Notes under the pieces: model-generated
The model's input: the letters and a program-made list of their open reading frames with translations, nothing else
What the model was told of the DNA's origin: nothing
Databases searched by the model: none
Shown: positions 39,375 to 54,379 of the stretch, piece by piece
Layout: the number at the start of each line of letters is the position of its first letter
Numbering within the stretch: position 1 is the stretch's first letter
Translations under genes and position numbers: made by a program
Assembly (NCBI RefSeq): GCF_009914755.1
Contig: NC_060928.1
Source: the human T2T-CHM13v2.0 reference genome, Homo sapiens
Strand: one strand, 5' to 3'
Length of the DNA stretch: 64,000 nt

Positions 39375-40370
39375 ATAGTTTTAGGTATTGGACTTACAGA
39401 GGTGAATCAAAGAGGGGCCTTCGTGAGGCTCATGTGATTAAGGGAATGAACCACATAACTATTTCAAAGCAAATAAAATTAGACTTTGGATCTGGAATTT
39501 AATTTAATCCAAATCATTTTATAAATGAATAAGCCGACATCCAGGCACATTAAGTGACTTGACCAAAGTCACTCAGCTATTCAGTGGCAGACACAGGACA
39601 GAGCCAAACCTCCACTGCTGGTCTGTTGCAGCATGTTTCATACATGTTCCTATAAGATCTGGACATTCTTTGCAACATCCTCAGAGACCATCTGGAAAGG
39701 GAAAGACCGAGATCATGGAATGTGAGGCCCTCAATCCTGCTTCAGTCAGAGCAGGTCCTTAATTATGTGGATTGCATATTCAATCTCCAGGGAAAGATCT
39801 GTTTGAACAATATGACCTGTTCTATTTTATATGAGAAAACAACTACCCCTGTAATGGAAAGGATCTCCTCGAGATTCCTGGAGTCAGTGTTACCGATTCT
39901 GAAAACCTATGCCCTTTTAAGAGAGATTTATGGAAAAATACCAAAGTCATGTGAGTATCAGAAGCCATTATGTTAGCTATTGGTTGTTCTCAGTTGTGAA
40001 TTAAAATTTCCTGGACAATTTAATTTTCTAAACAAATAATACTTTCTTGTATTGATGGATGTTGTGGAGAATGTCCAGATCTTAGAGGAACATATTTGAA
40101 ACACACTGCAACAGACCAGCAGTGGAGGTTTTAGTCTGTCCTATGTCTGGCATTGAATAATTGAATGACTTTGGGCAAGTCACTTAATATGCCTGGATCT
40201 CAGTTTATTCATTTATGAAATGATTCGGATTAAATTAAATTCCAGATCCAAAATCTAATTCTATGACCTCTTTGCTTTGAAATAGTTATGTGGTTCATTC
40301 CCTCAATCACATGAGCCTCACGATGGTCCCTGTTTCATTCACCTCTGAAAGCCCAGTACCTAGAAGCTAT
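39375..40370. repeat. Long inverted repeat: arms 39375-39680 and 40057-40370, spacer ~376 bp
   Basis: The arms are reverse complements over ~310 bp. For example TCGTGAGGCTCATGTGATTAAGGGAATGAACCACATAACTATTTCAAAGCAAA matches its partner with 1 mismatch in 53. Confidence 0.93.
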
Positions 40371-41775
40371 TTTTGAGGTTGGATATATTAGTCTCTGAGG
40401 AAGTTATCTTAGTTAAACAACTCAGCTAGTCTCTCAGAAGTTGTCACTTCATCTGCACTAAACTTTGTGTCCAAAGAAAGCTTTATAACTTGCGACTGGA
40501 ATGATTTACCCATTTGGTCATCTAAAAAGGGCTTCTGTGAACATCATTAGGAAGAAAACGTAACCTATCCTTGTTTGGGATGTTCTCATTTATCCTGTTA
40601 TATTTCTTTTCTCCAATTTAATATAACTGATCACTAAAAAATGTAGTATGAGATTGAATACAGGGAAGAGGGATATAAAAGGCATGAAGTATGTTTACAG
40701 ATAAGAAACTGAAACAGTGATGGTACTCTAACTCAAATAATGTCGGCAATGGCTAAAGGAAATAAAAATATCTTGCAAAATGATGACCCACATGGCATAG
40801 AAGTTATTTTCAAATTTTGAAAGACTTCTGGATCTTCTGTAAATCTGCCAAAACAAAATTAGGACCAAAGGATGGAAATCTTCATGAAGAAAATTCTACT
40901 CAGTTAAGAATGAAAATCCCAAAAAACAAACCTACATTCAGTGTCAAGAACTCTCTACCAGGCGGCCTTAGGAATTACAGTAGTGAGTTCCTAATCAGAA
41001 GAGGTTAGATGCATAGACTAGAAAGCCTTTCAGCAGGTGTATTGATAAAAGATCAAGTATCAGATGTACAGTTGGACTGGATCAGTGTTCTTTTCAGATG
41101 TAAACACCTTTCAGAAATCATGAAAACCATTGGTGCTCTATCCAGACAAAATGCATAAACATGCAAATTTTCTCTAAAAATCAGATGATTCATGAACCCC
41201 CGAATCATGAATTCTATAATTCTAATTTTTTAAACAATAAAGTTAAAAGGTAATGACCAAAGTTGTTTCTCCAATTTATAAAGGCTAAAAACTGTTTCCT
41301 GAAATATGGAGAACATGAAGCCGGGGTGGGATATTTTGTTTGTTGGGGCTTTGTTGTTGTTTGGCTGTTTCGTATTTTGATGATGGTAGATATGAGGGGT
41401 GTAATCTAGAAAGGGCTCCTGGATCTCAGTTGAATGTCTTTGACTAAAGTTTTGTGAACAGGCTGAGCAAGCAGGAAGCTTTTGTGATGGGACCTCAGGC
41501 AGTAACTTGACCATTTTCCACCAGAGGAAGAAGAGAGGAACTGTAAGCACAAAAGTTCGTATCCAGCTAAGCATTCAAGCTAGAACCCACAGGAATATAT
41601 TCATCCCAGCTATCTAGAGAGTAGACATTTGACAAAGAAAACTCTCTAGTAGCAATTCTTTCTTGAAACTTGGTGAAATTAGGAAGATAATCACTTGACT
41701 CAATAATGTACTCTGGTTTCTAATCCCAGCATTCCACAAATACCGCTCATCTCATGGTCAGCAGTGATCACCTGA

Positions 41776-42906
<1,131 letters not shown>

Positions 42907-44000
42907 TATATTGTATGTTGTAAAGTGTTCTGTCATTTACAAGATGTGATTCATGAGTGCAGAACTACCACCTTTCTTTTAGCACCAATCCCAACATGAA
43001 ATTATATTACTCAGATTTAAAGCACTATCATTAATCTTTCAATCTAATTATTCACCACCACAAGACCTATTAACAAGACAAAATGCCTCTATCCCACAAG
43101 CCAGATGCAGGTCTGGGGTTCAAAATAACTCTTTGGATCCTACAGAGATAGCCTACTGAGGGCAAAGAAAGTCCTTAGATAAAGAGAGAATATTGTATGG
43201 GCCATCAACCATTTACTTTTCCCTGAATGTTAGAAACTACAAAACCACTACCTTGTACCCCCATCAAAATCCCACCTGAACCATCTAATCCTATAAACAT
43301 AAAGGGGTAAAATTGGAACTCTCCAGATGAACAAAGACATCTAAATATCTGTAGATAGAAACATTTATCTATCTAAATATATTGATAGACCTGTCATTGT
43401 ATTGATTAATGACAAAACCCTTTAGATAATTATCTTCCATTTTAAATAAAATTTTATTTCACAAATATGAGCCAAGAAAGAGGAAAGTTGATTTGAAGTG
43501 AGGATTAGAAGTGAATGACAATAAAGTCTGGCAGCCAAGCACGAACCAAGACTGGCACTATTTTTCTTAGTGTATATAATTGTTTAAACTGCAAGGTTGA
43601 CATTTATTGTGTTGTGTCTAAGTTAATTTCGATCTAATGTACCTGATTCTAGCCTCTGTGAACAACAAGAATATGTTTGTGTATGTTCACATGGTGCTTA
43701 TAATATTTCACTATCAATTCAATTAATTCACATAAATTCCATGTGAAATGTATTCAACAATGGAATATTTTCTAAAACATTTAGTATACATTTGAATGTA
43801 TTTTAAACCATGCCAAACTACTGCTTTAATGTCAAGTTTGCAGAATTGTCTCTGAAAATAAAAACCCTGACTTTAGTTGTAAAACAATAAAAGTTAGCTA
43901 CTTGGTATACGGAGATGTTAATTTGGGATATGGAGGCATTTTTATCTTCTGTCACTACTACTTAAAACTCTGATGATTATGTTAGATTTTTTTGCTAACT

Positions 44001-44006
44001 AATAAA
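44001..44006 (+). terminator. MUC7: Probable MUC7 polyadenylation signal AATAAA
   Basis: Gives a ~2.2-kb exon 3 and is followed by GT/T-rich downstream sequence. Further AATAAA hexamers lie at 43445, 43520, 43857 and 43886. Confidence 0.7.
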
Positions 44007-44319
44007 GATTTCAAATGGCAATTTATATTCATTGTGTGTATCTGGAAGTTTCTTGCCTTTCTTAGACTCTGAGACTGGTGAAAAGAGACCCAAATGAAAA
44101 TTTACATTTTTGTCAACTCTGCCACTAATGAGTCAAGTGACTTGGGTAGGGCACTCTATCTCTAAACATTCATTTTCTTTATTTTTCAAAATGATTAATT
44201 TACTTAAATTAACTTAATCTTACTTCTTAATATATGTTTCCAATCCAAATTATGTGTTTGCCCTATGCTTCTCGGTCTGACAATTAAAGACCCCATCTCC
44301 CTCACTTTACTCTGTCCAT

Positions 44320-44630
44320 CTAGGCTCATTTTGGTAGCTCTGTATAGACCAGTCCATGACTGATCACTGCAGGAGTACTGGAACCTGGCCATTTCTGCCC
44401 AAAATAGAACTCCTGCAACAGGCAATCTTTGCTTCAGATCTTCCCTTTGAGCCAAGGCTTTATCATATCTACATCATGGACTGAGGCTTTCCCTCCTAAT
44501 CTTGCTTTCTTCCTCTCTTTCCTCTCATGAGTATCTGATCTACATCATAATGTGAAAGCTTTCCCTGCCCACTTCTCCCTCATCCCCCTATTTTCATATG
44601 CATTACTCCCCAGTAAACTGCTTAGTTTCC
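44320..44630 (+). mobile_element. LTR16-like ERVL LTR fragment
   Basis: CCTGGCCATTTCTGCCCAA...CATTACTCCCCAGTAAACT resembles LTR16. Confidence 0.45.
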
Positions 44631-45052
44631 TAGGAGAATGGGGAAAAATAATAGAAAGTAGAATAAATTCACTGACTGCCTTATTGATAAAAGCTGAGAG
44701 ACAAGATACCACTTAAAGCTGACAAATCAAGTAGTAAAAACTTAAGTATATGTAAGCAAACAAAATAAATGTTAAGAAATATGACATTGTGGACTAACAC
44801 TGGAAGGTGGAGAAAGAGACAGTAAAAGGAAGAAGATGCTACAGGTTAATTTTATTTCTCGTAGTAGGAAACCAATAAAACTGCCTTAAGGAAGAGGAAA
44901 CACAGGGTATCACATAAAGATATTAATATGTGACTATTAAAGTAAAATTAAAATATTCCCATGTGTTACAACAACTACCAAAAAACAATAGGATGGAACC
45001 CATAAAAACTTCTTAAATAGACCCAGATGTATACAGAATTTCAGTACATACT

Positions 45053-45412
45053 TGTGGTGGTTAATATTGAGTGTCAGCTTGCTGAGTTTTCCAGCCTTCA
45101 TCTGTCTCCCATGCTGGATGCTTCCTGCTCTCGAACATCTGACTCCAAGTTCTTCAGCTTTTAAGCTCTTGGACTTACACCAGTGGTTTGTCAGGGGCTC
45201 TCAGGCCTTCAGCCACAGACTGAAGGCTACACTGTCAGCTACCCTATTTTTTAGGTTTTGGGACTTGAAGCGGCTTCCTTGCTCCTCAGCTTGCATATGG
45301 CCTATTGTGGGACTTCACCTTTTGATCGTGTGAGTCAATACTCCTTAATAACCTTCCCTTCACATATACATCTATCCTATTAGTTCTGTCCCTCTAAAGA
45401 ACCCTAATATAA
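45053..45412 (+). mobile_element. MLT2A LTR with internal deletion
   Basis: TGTGGTGGTTAATATTGAGTGTCAGCTTG...TATCCTATTAGTTCTGTCCCTCTAAAGAACCCT. Confidence 0.88.
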
Positions 45413-45429
45413 TAATTAAATCAGAGGTA

Positions 45430-46480
45430 ATATGGGGCATTTTAATAAATTTTCTTGGAAAAGAAATTGAGAGTCTTTTGGAGAAAGATACACACCAAAT
45501 TGAGCAAAATTATAAATTTTCCAAACTTAAGTACTAGGAAGAAACGTGGATGAATTCTTTTATATCCCTAAAATAAGGAAGTCCTTTCTAAATATAACCC
45601 TACAGCCTAAAGCCAAAGAAAGAAACATTGATTACTTTGCACAAAATTCTATATCTTTTATGTGGATAAAAATGTTAGAAAAATAAAGAGCAAATAACAA
45701 ACTAGGAAAAAAGCACTTTTTTGTCTGTATCACAGACAGAAGGTTAATTTCTCAATAAAACACAAAAAGGTCCTACGAATGGAGAAGAAAAACAGGTCAG
45801 TGTAAAAATTGACAATGATGTGAGCAGACTACTCACAGAAAAAAATGATAATAATAATACAGTCCAAGTATATGAAGAGCTGCTAAACTTAATTTACAGT
45901 AATAGAAATGAACAATAAAACTACACCGAGATACTATTTCCCATCTAATATATGGGCATAAATTCAAAAAAAAGACACCTTTTGTGGGTGAGGCTGGGGG
46001 AAACAGGCCCTCTTATACTTCACTTGTGGAAATTAAAAATGGAACCTAGAGAGCAAAATCTGATAATATCTTTTAAGATCCCAGCTATATTTACTCTATT
46101 ACTCAGCAATACCATTTCTAGAAATCTATCCTACAGATATACCTGCACAAGTACAAAAAGATATATATATACATATATATATATATAAAAACTTATCCAT
46201 TGTGGCATTTAATAATGGCAAAAGAATAAGAAAAATCTATGTGTCCAGATATAGGGATCTGGTTGAATAAAACATGGTAATTCTACATGACAAAATGTGA
46301 TACAAGCTATGAAAATGAATCAGGAAAGCCTGTGTTCTCACATGGAGAGATCAAGATATATAATAAAGGTATTCAAAAAAAAAAAAACCAAGATGAAGAA
46401 TAATATATAAAGTATATTACATTTTGTATATGAGAGTGGACAAAATAAGCAAGTGTATGTGTATTTGCTTATTTTTTTTA
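45430..46480 (+). mobile_element. Old L1ME ORF2 3' and 3'UTR fragments
   Basis: CTCAGCAATACCATTTCTAGAAATCTATCCTACAGATATAC and related motifs. Confidence 0.65.
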
Positions 46481-46544
46481 AAAACTATATATAATACTAT
46501 ATATAGTATAAATGCTATATAAATATACATATATACATTTGTAT

Positions 46545-48510
46545 ATATATTAGGGTTCTCTAGAGGACCAGAATCAATAGAATATGTATATGAAAGGGAA
46601 TTTATTAGAGAAAAATTGGCTCAACAATCACAAAGGTGAAGTCCCAGGACAGGCTGTCTGCAAGCTGGAGAACCAGAGGAGGCAGTAATGTGGCTTAGTC
46701 CAAGTTCAAAGGCTTCAGCTAGGGAAAGCCATCATTGCAACCCCAAGTCTGAGAATGAAGGCCTGAAAGCACTCAGGATGCCACTGGTGCAAGTCCCAGA
46801 GTCCAAGAACCAAAGACTCTAGAGTCTGCAGGAGGAGAAGAAGACTTCCTAGGGCAGAAGAAAGAGATGAAGCAAAGGCGAGCTGAGTATCCTTCTTCCA
46901 CCTGCTTTGTTCCAGTTGGGCTCCCAACTGTTTGGATATTGACCACCCACATTGAGGATGGGTCTTTCTCTCTCAGTCCACTGACTCATACATTAATCTC
47001 CTCTGAAAACACCTTCACAGATACACCCAGAAACAATACTTCGCCAGCCGTCTAGGCATCCCTCCATCCAGTCAATTTGACACCTAATATTAACTGTCAC
47101 AAGTCCACCGCTGGTCAGCTTGGCATCCATATGCATCTCCTTAGACCAAACAATTTCTAAATAAAGCCAACAACAAGGTCATAATTCTGCCTAACCTGAT
47201 ACAACTACCCTGCATACTACCAAAAATGCACTTATCCTGTCCTCAAAAGAGGAAGTAAAGTTCTTCAGTGATGTTTACTCCTTTTCTGGTAACTTAACAT
47301 CCCAAAGCTTACATACTATGATGTAATATTAATAATACTTAAATACTGATCCAAAGTTCCATCAATCTTAGGTTACATGATAAAGGAATAACAGAGGAAA
47401 GAAAATAAAAATATTTGTTTAATATATGTGTATATATATATACATATATGTGTATATATATATTATAGAGATGCACAAACATATTCTTAACAAAATAGGG
47501 AGGAAATGCTTACAACAATTACAGTTCTCATTTCTGTAGCTGATCATGTGGTCATAGCTGATATTTATTACTACCCATTCTTTATTTTCTTTGTTTTCTT
47601 GGTAAGTCAAAGAGAATAAAGAATGGGTAGTAGAAGAAGGTAGTAATAAATACCAACTATGGATGAAATCTTTCCCTGTGGGGTGACCCAAACTTTCCTT
47701 CCTGAAGGGTCTGGATCATTCGTAGTCCTGTCTGGATTTGCTTGTTGTTGGATTAGGTTGGATTAAGGTTAATTTCTCATTGACCTTAATCACAGGACAT
47801 AATACTAAGAGGCTACCCTAAGGATCTCTTGTATTCCAAACATAAACTTCCTGACCTCCATTGTGGAGTAGCAATCCAACTTCCCCTTAGTAGTCCAGAT
47901 CAATCACCCCAATCAATATCTTAACTCCCTTTTTAATCTATTGACTTGGAGGCACTAGGTGCTTAAAGCAGCCAGTGGCAGTCTTACTTTCCAATTCTTT
48001 GGAATTATTGTTGTGTCTCCCAGTAAAGAATTCCTTCCTCTGAAACTAAGACCTCTAGGCCAGCAAAATATAATGTCATGGGAACAGGAAGCAAAAATTT
48101 TGCTAGTGGATCACTAGGGGTGATGGTGAGTGGTGCCACTCCCATTTCCACCCCTTGATTGCTGAACCTGTGAATCCTAACTATGGGAGAAAGAGTGTCA
48201 TATATTGGATGCTGATTCAGAGCACTACAGCCTTCTGGAGAACTCTGGCCCAACTGTGCAAAGTACTGACACCTACCTGGCACTGTAACTGCAACTTCAA
48301 AAAGCCATTTCACTGATCTATCAAGCCAGCTACTTCAAGATGATGTGGAATATTGTTAAGACCAGTGACTTCCATAAGCATGAGCCTATTGCTGCACCTC
48401 TTTGGCTGTAAAGCAAGTTCCTTGGTCAGAATCAATATGGTGTGGAATACCATGACTGAGGCTAAGATATTCAGTAGGTCCACAATGGTAGTTCTGGCAG
48501 AAGTGACAGC
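46545..48510 (-). mobile_element. MLT2 LTR (46545-47101) plus ERVL internal sequence (pol 3' end)
   Basis: MLT2 termini TATTAGGGTTCTCTAGAG and GACACCTAATATTAACTGTCACA. The minus-strand ORF 48005-48313 (LNQHPIY, GVEMGVAPLTITPSDPLAKFLLPVP) is ERVL pol-like. Confidence 0.88.
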
Positions 48511-48697
48511 TTTCCTTTGGCTTAATAAATTCTACTCCACTCACTCTCCAGTGTCCATGCACCTAATTGTTCCTGGTTGTGAGACAAGAACTCAGACCTA
48601 GCTGAGCTAAGGAATGGAAAGTCTGTATCACAATGCTTCACCAACCATCTAGGAATCCTTCAATCGAGTCCAGTTAATACCTAACAGTAAGCATCAC
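48510..48697. mobile_element. ERV1-type LTR 3' fragment (+) followed by an MLT2 LTR end fragment (-)
   Basis: CTTAATAAATTCTACTCC...GTGAGACAAGAACTCAGACCTAGCTGAGCTAAGG, then CAGTTAATACCTAACAGTAAGCATCACA. Confidence 0.55.
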
Positions 48698-48905
48698 AAT
48701 ATGGATAAACAAATACCTAATTTACATAGTTACCTAAAAGAGAAATGAGACGGGGGCATTGCAGAAACTAGACTTCTGTGTTTATACCCTTGTGGGTAGT
48801 TTTGTATTTTGAACCACGTAAATACACTACTTATTAAAAATAAATTTTAGTTGAAAAAGCTGACAACAATAAACACAATAACGATGTAAGTCATGGGCAG
48901 TATAT

Positions 48906-49420
48906 TGTATTAGTTTTCTATTACTGCTGCAACAAATTACCACAAACATAGTGGCTGAAAACAACACAAATTTACTCTTTATAGTTTTGTAGGTTAGACC
49001 TTCCACACAGGTCTCACTGGGCTAAAATCAAGGTTTTGGCAGGGCTGAGGTCCTTTCTGGAGCTTCCAGGGAAGATTTATTCCTCACCTCTTCCAACTTC
49101 TAGAGGCTGTTTTCTCCATCTTAAAGCCAGCAATACTGTGCTTTTCTTCCATTGTCACATCTCCCTGTGACTCTCTTCTGCCTCTCTCTTCTACTTTTTA
49201 TTTTTTACGGCTATTTCCACATTAAAGATTATACTCGTGATTATATTGTGTATACTTGTGATTATATTATGCCCACCAGGTGATCCAAAATAATAGCTCA
49301 ATTTTAAAGTCAGACTATTAAAAAAACCCTAATTTAATCTGTAACCTTAATTACCTTTGTATCACATAATTTGACATATTCATGGGTTCTGAAGATCAGA
49401 ATGTGGATGTCTTTTGGGTC
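48906..49420 (-). mobile_element. MLT1 LTR
   Basis: TGTATTAGTTTTCTATTACTGCTGCAACAAATTACCACAAAC...GGCTAAAATCAAGG. Confidence 0.85.
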
Positions 49421-50349
49421 ATATGTCAAAGGTAATGAGTGTACATCAGCAAGGAGAACATGCTGCGATTCTAAATAGAGTGTGAAGATACGCCTCGCTG
49501 AGAAGATGATGTTCGAGCAAAGATAGGAAGAGAAAATCTTCTGAGCCTTTCTGATCTCCTTGTTGTTCTTCAAACTATGCACTCGCTGACCTCTGGGTCT
49601 ATGCATGACTGTCCTCTTTGCCTGAAACTCCCTTCAGCCAAATATCTTCATGCTTGACTTCTTTACTCCTTCATGTTTTGCTCAAAGATAGGAAAGAGAA
49701 GGTGGGGTACAATTTATAGTGGCCAAGCTTAGAAGTGTCATACATTTTTTTCTGATCATGTTCCATTGGCCACAACTAGACACGAGGCCCTAGATACAAG
49801 GATGGTAGGAAATTCAGATTAGCTGTGTCCCTAGGAACTAAAAATGGGTTTGAAAATGAGGTTGAATATTGAGCCAATGTCTTTTACAACTTTCCTTTTC
49901 ACAGCACATGGAACTAATTAGGTACGCTTTTGAAAGACTTAGTAAATATTTGCATGAGTCCCTAACTGCCTGGCAGGTAAATCACATATTATGAGTACAA
50001 AGTTTTAATAAAGAATTGGGCCTCTTAGTGCTAATGGCAGTGGGAATCCAATGACCCAAAAGAATTTACATAGCTTAATCCCAGCACATAAAATTCACTG
50101 GGAAATCATGACTCAAAAAAATCACTGTTCCTCAGCAATGAATAGATACGAGAAGATCTGCTGCCAAACATCGTAACTGCTGTTTCTTTGTGTGGATAAA
50201 GATTATAACTCTACAAGCGACCTTCCCTTCCAACAAAACTTTCTCCTATTGCCAACAAACACTGAAGACTATAACAAATAGTATGTCCCTTAACATAATA
50301 CAGCCACTGGCCACCATCGAACTTCACCAACATTTTGACCTCTACATAA

Positions 50350-50615
50350 GAAGACAAAACCAAACACCGCATGTTCTCACTCATAAGTGGGAGTTGAATA
50401 ATGAGAACACGTGGACACAGGGAGGGGAACATCACACACTGGGGTCTGTCAGGGGGTGGAGGGCAAGGGGAGGGATAGCATTAGGACAAATACCTAATGT
50501 AGATGACGAGTTGATGGGTGCAGCAAACCAACATGGCACATGTATACCTGTGTAACAAACCTGCACGTTGTGCACATGTACCCCAGAACTTAAAGTATAA
50601 TAATAAAAAATAAAT
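50350..50615 (+). mobile_element. L1PA 3' end, 5'-truncated
   Basis: AAACCAAACACCGCATGTTCTCACTCATAAGTGGGAG...CCAGAACTTAAAGTATAATAATAAAAAA. Confidence 0.95.
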
Positions 50616-52064
50616 GTAAAAGAAAGCAACTCCTTATAAAGGTAGATACTGGAAATTCTGAATTTGAGACGTCTTTTACTCAGATTCTTTTGCATAAAAA
50701 TTCATAGCATCATATTATCTTTTCGTTTTTTTATTTTTAAAATGTGGATGCTTTATCCTGAGGAAACAGACTTGAAACAGGAACCCAGATTTCAACATTT
50801 GTAAAGAAAAGAGAGAAAACGACTTTTTTTTTTCAGAAATACAAAGAATGGAGAGTTGCAAACTCCAGAGATTCAGAGATGACCTAGTCACCTGACAGGG
50901 TTGTATAAAAAGTTAACTCTCAGCAAATGGAACATTTTTCAGGCTGCTCTGAGTCAAGGCAGTGACAAATATACCTCTGTTACACCTCTATGATTATCAC
51001 GTTTCCTTCTGCTTTTATTGCAATAATCTTACATGTAACTTTTATTTTAAACATTGACCTTCTTCCCACAGGAAACTTGCTTTAGAGATTTCTGTATTCC
51101 CTACTGTGCCCAGTGCAGAGCCTGGCATAGGTAAGTTATGTAACAAATATCTCTTAAATAATTGAAGATGCTGGGGATTTGGGAACTGAGATATCTGCAA
51201 TGATTATATTTACATAAGGGCCATACAGCTGGAGATCACTTTACATCTCTCAAAGTGCTGTCACATTACCAGATCATTTACTTCTTACAGTGACTCCAGA
51301 TATGAGATATGTAAAATTCCTGAAGATTTTCTCATCATTATTATTCACAAGGCCATGTCTCTTAAAGATTGTATATAAAAACATAAACTGCATTTTTTTC
51401 AATTAACTTGAACTTAATCAATGTATTCATCAGTGTGGCTGAGGAATAACCATCTGACCATTTTCAGGACATAACAGAAAAAGGTGAAAACACTCTCCCT
51501 GATTCCTGGACTTCGGGTAATGACTTCCAGCTTCTTGGTAAGTCTCATCAAGCACTATCTTCATCCTTCTTATTTTATTCAGATCACCTTTGCAAATACA
51601 CAGTGATAATTCTCAGCCTTTTTTGTGTTATCTGAACTTCCCAAATGTTAGAAATTTTGGCAGCACACTTAACAAGATTGAATTGTATCCATTTATTGAG
51701 CTATTCACTTGTCATCCTTCAAAGATGACTTTGGCTACCGTGTGGGAAAAATGTACTGGATGAAGATGCTGCGTTAGCAGCTCTGAGTCCCTTCCCCACG
51801 ATTAATCCCAAATTAACTACAGAGAAAAAAAAAGCACTATGAAGGAAGAAAACTGGGAAAATATGGAGTGAAGGGATGGGGAGAAGTGTTTAAACTGATG
51901 TATGACATGGAAGGTTTTGGCTTTGGCAGAAGGCAGGTAGGCTTGGCAATGCAAAGAAGACAACGTAGAAAGGGAACCATAGGGGTTCTGCAATCTGCTC
52001 TCCCCGACTTTGGCCTTTGGACCTCTGGCCCAGAAAACCTGAGGGGTGAGTTGGGGCAGCACAG

Positions 52065-52330
52065 AAGCCCTGTCTCACACAGTCCAGATTTCTCCTTCAG
52101 GACCAAGGCATTCAAGCCTACAGCTGCCTGCATTGCTGGTTGCTGACAGCTGATAGCCAATTCCCTCTCCAGGAATTGCCCTAGAAGAGAACCAACATAT
52201 AAGCCCTCCCTAGGACAGCCTACATTCAATTATTAATTAATGGAGTCAGGATAGTGGAACCAAGTTCTGGCCCCGTTGCCTCAATGTTAGACACACCGAA
52301 TGGCTCTCCTTGCTCAGAAACTTTGGAGAG
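52065..52330 (+). mobile_element. LTR16-like fragment
   Basis: CCTTCAGGACCAAGGCATTC...GCTGACAGCT...CCCTCTCCAGGAATTGCCCT. Confidence 0.5.
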
Positions 52331-52454
52331 TTGCTTCCCTCGAAAGCCCAGCTATGAAATACAATCTGAGGAGCACTTCCTCCTACTGGTGCTTCTCTCT
52401 GAGATGCAAAGAGCTATTTTGCAGCAATAGGAGCAAAGAAATATGAGGAAGTGT

Positions 52455-52757
52455 GGCCGGGCATGGTGGCTCACGCCTGTAATCCTAGCACTTTGGGAGG
52501 CTAAGGGAGGCAAATCATGAGATCAGGAGTTCGAGACCATCCTGGGCAACAAGGTGAAACCCCATCTCTGCTAAAAATACACAAAAATTAGCTGGGCGTG
52601 GTGGTGTGTGCCTGTAATCTCAGCTCCTCAGGAGGCTGAGGCAGGAGAATCACTTGAACCTGGGAGGCGGGAGTTGCAGTGAGCCGAGATAGCACCACTG
52701 AACTCCAGCCTGGGGGACAGAGTGAGGCTCCATCTCAAAAAAAACAAAAGAAAGAAA
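52455..52757 (+). mobile_element. AluS element
   Basis: TSD AAAGAAATATGAGGAAG. Confidence 0.95.
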
Positions 52758-53947
52758 GAAATATGAGGAAGCAGGTCAGCGAGCGAACTGACTCCTGACG
52801 AATGCTGAAAGTGCTGCAAGCTCGGTTCATTTTCCTTTCTCCCCCTCCCTTCTTCCCTGATTAATTTTAAAAAGTTTATAGGGACACTCAGACTTATATC
52901 TTCCGTACCCATCCTACTACACAAAATAGAATGGAAAATATCATGATTTGCCCCCTATTTATCACTAGCTCAACAGCTCTACTAAGAAAAAACAATGTTC
53001 CTAGACAGAAAATGGCATGTGAATGTCCAACATTTGGGCCTATCAGTACATAGATTAAATAGTACTAAGACTTTTTTTAACTAAATACTGGATAAGTCCT
53101 ATCATTTTCTTCCTACACTTAATTGATCATCTTTCACACACCTGGGGTGTGTGCACCCAACCCTGTAGATTTTCAAGGAAATGCAGTTAGCACCATGACT
53201 TCTGTGCAGTCCCTGTGCCCAGTCAAAGGCCTATCTTTGTTACAAGAGTACAGACAATACAGTCAAGTAATGAAACAACTTCCAAGATAAAGGACACCCT
53301 ATTCAAACTTTAGGATTCCTAGGTTTGAAGTTGTGAGAAAAAGAATAAGGAAATGCCAGTGCCAAGAGTAGGTTTAGTGTAAAGCCTGTAGAGTTTTTGT
53401 TGACAGCCTCTCAAAGTTCAATTGTCACTAACACAAAAATATACTAGCATCAATCAATATTGCAAATTGTTTGTCTAACCTTTCTAAAATCCACACTTTT
53501 GTGGAAAGTGGAATAGAAAATATTTTGATGTTCCTTCAACTTATCTTTAGTTAAATCTCTCTGTGAACACAGGTCAATGTGCCAGGATAGAAAACAGTTT
53601 GGCTTCATTTAATTATTTTACTCTTTTCTCAAAATAATTTATCTCAAATAAATATATGGGTAACTGATCATATTATGTCTTTAAATTTTATTATGGTGCT
53701 GGAGATATGTATCCAAACACAAAGAAAAAAACTTTAAAATATAAGAAAAGTTATACTTAGGAATCATATTTTTTAATGGGAAGAACAAATTTATGTTAGG
53801 ATAAAGCGTCTTTGCACTTAATTCTCCCACACCACCCTCTCAACAAAGTTAATGAATTTAGTCATGTAATATTATAAACATAAAACAGTCCACCTGTTTA
53901 AGCTCATTTAATATTAAGTTTTCACAAGTACTGAAATATACAAACAT

Positions 53948-54379
<432 letters not shown>

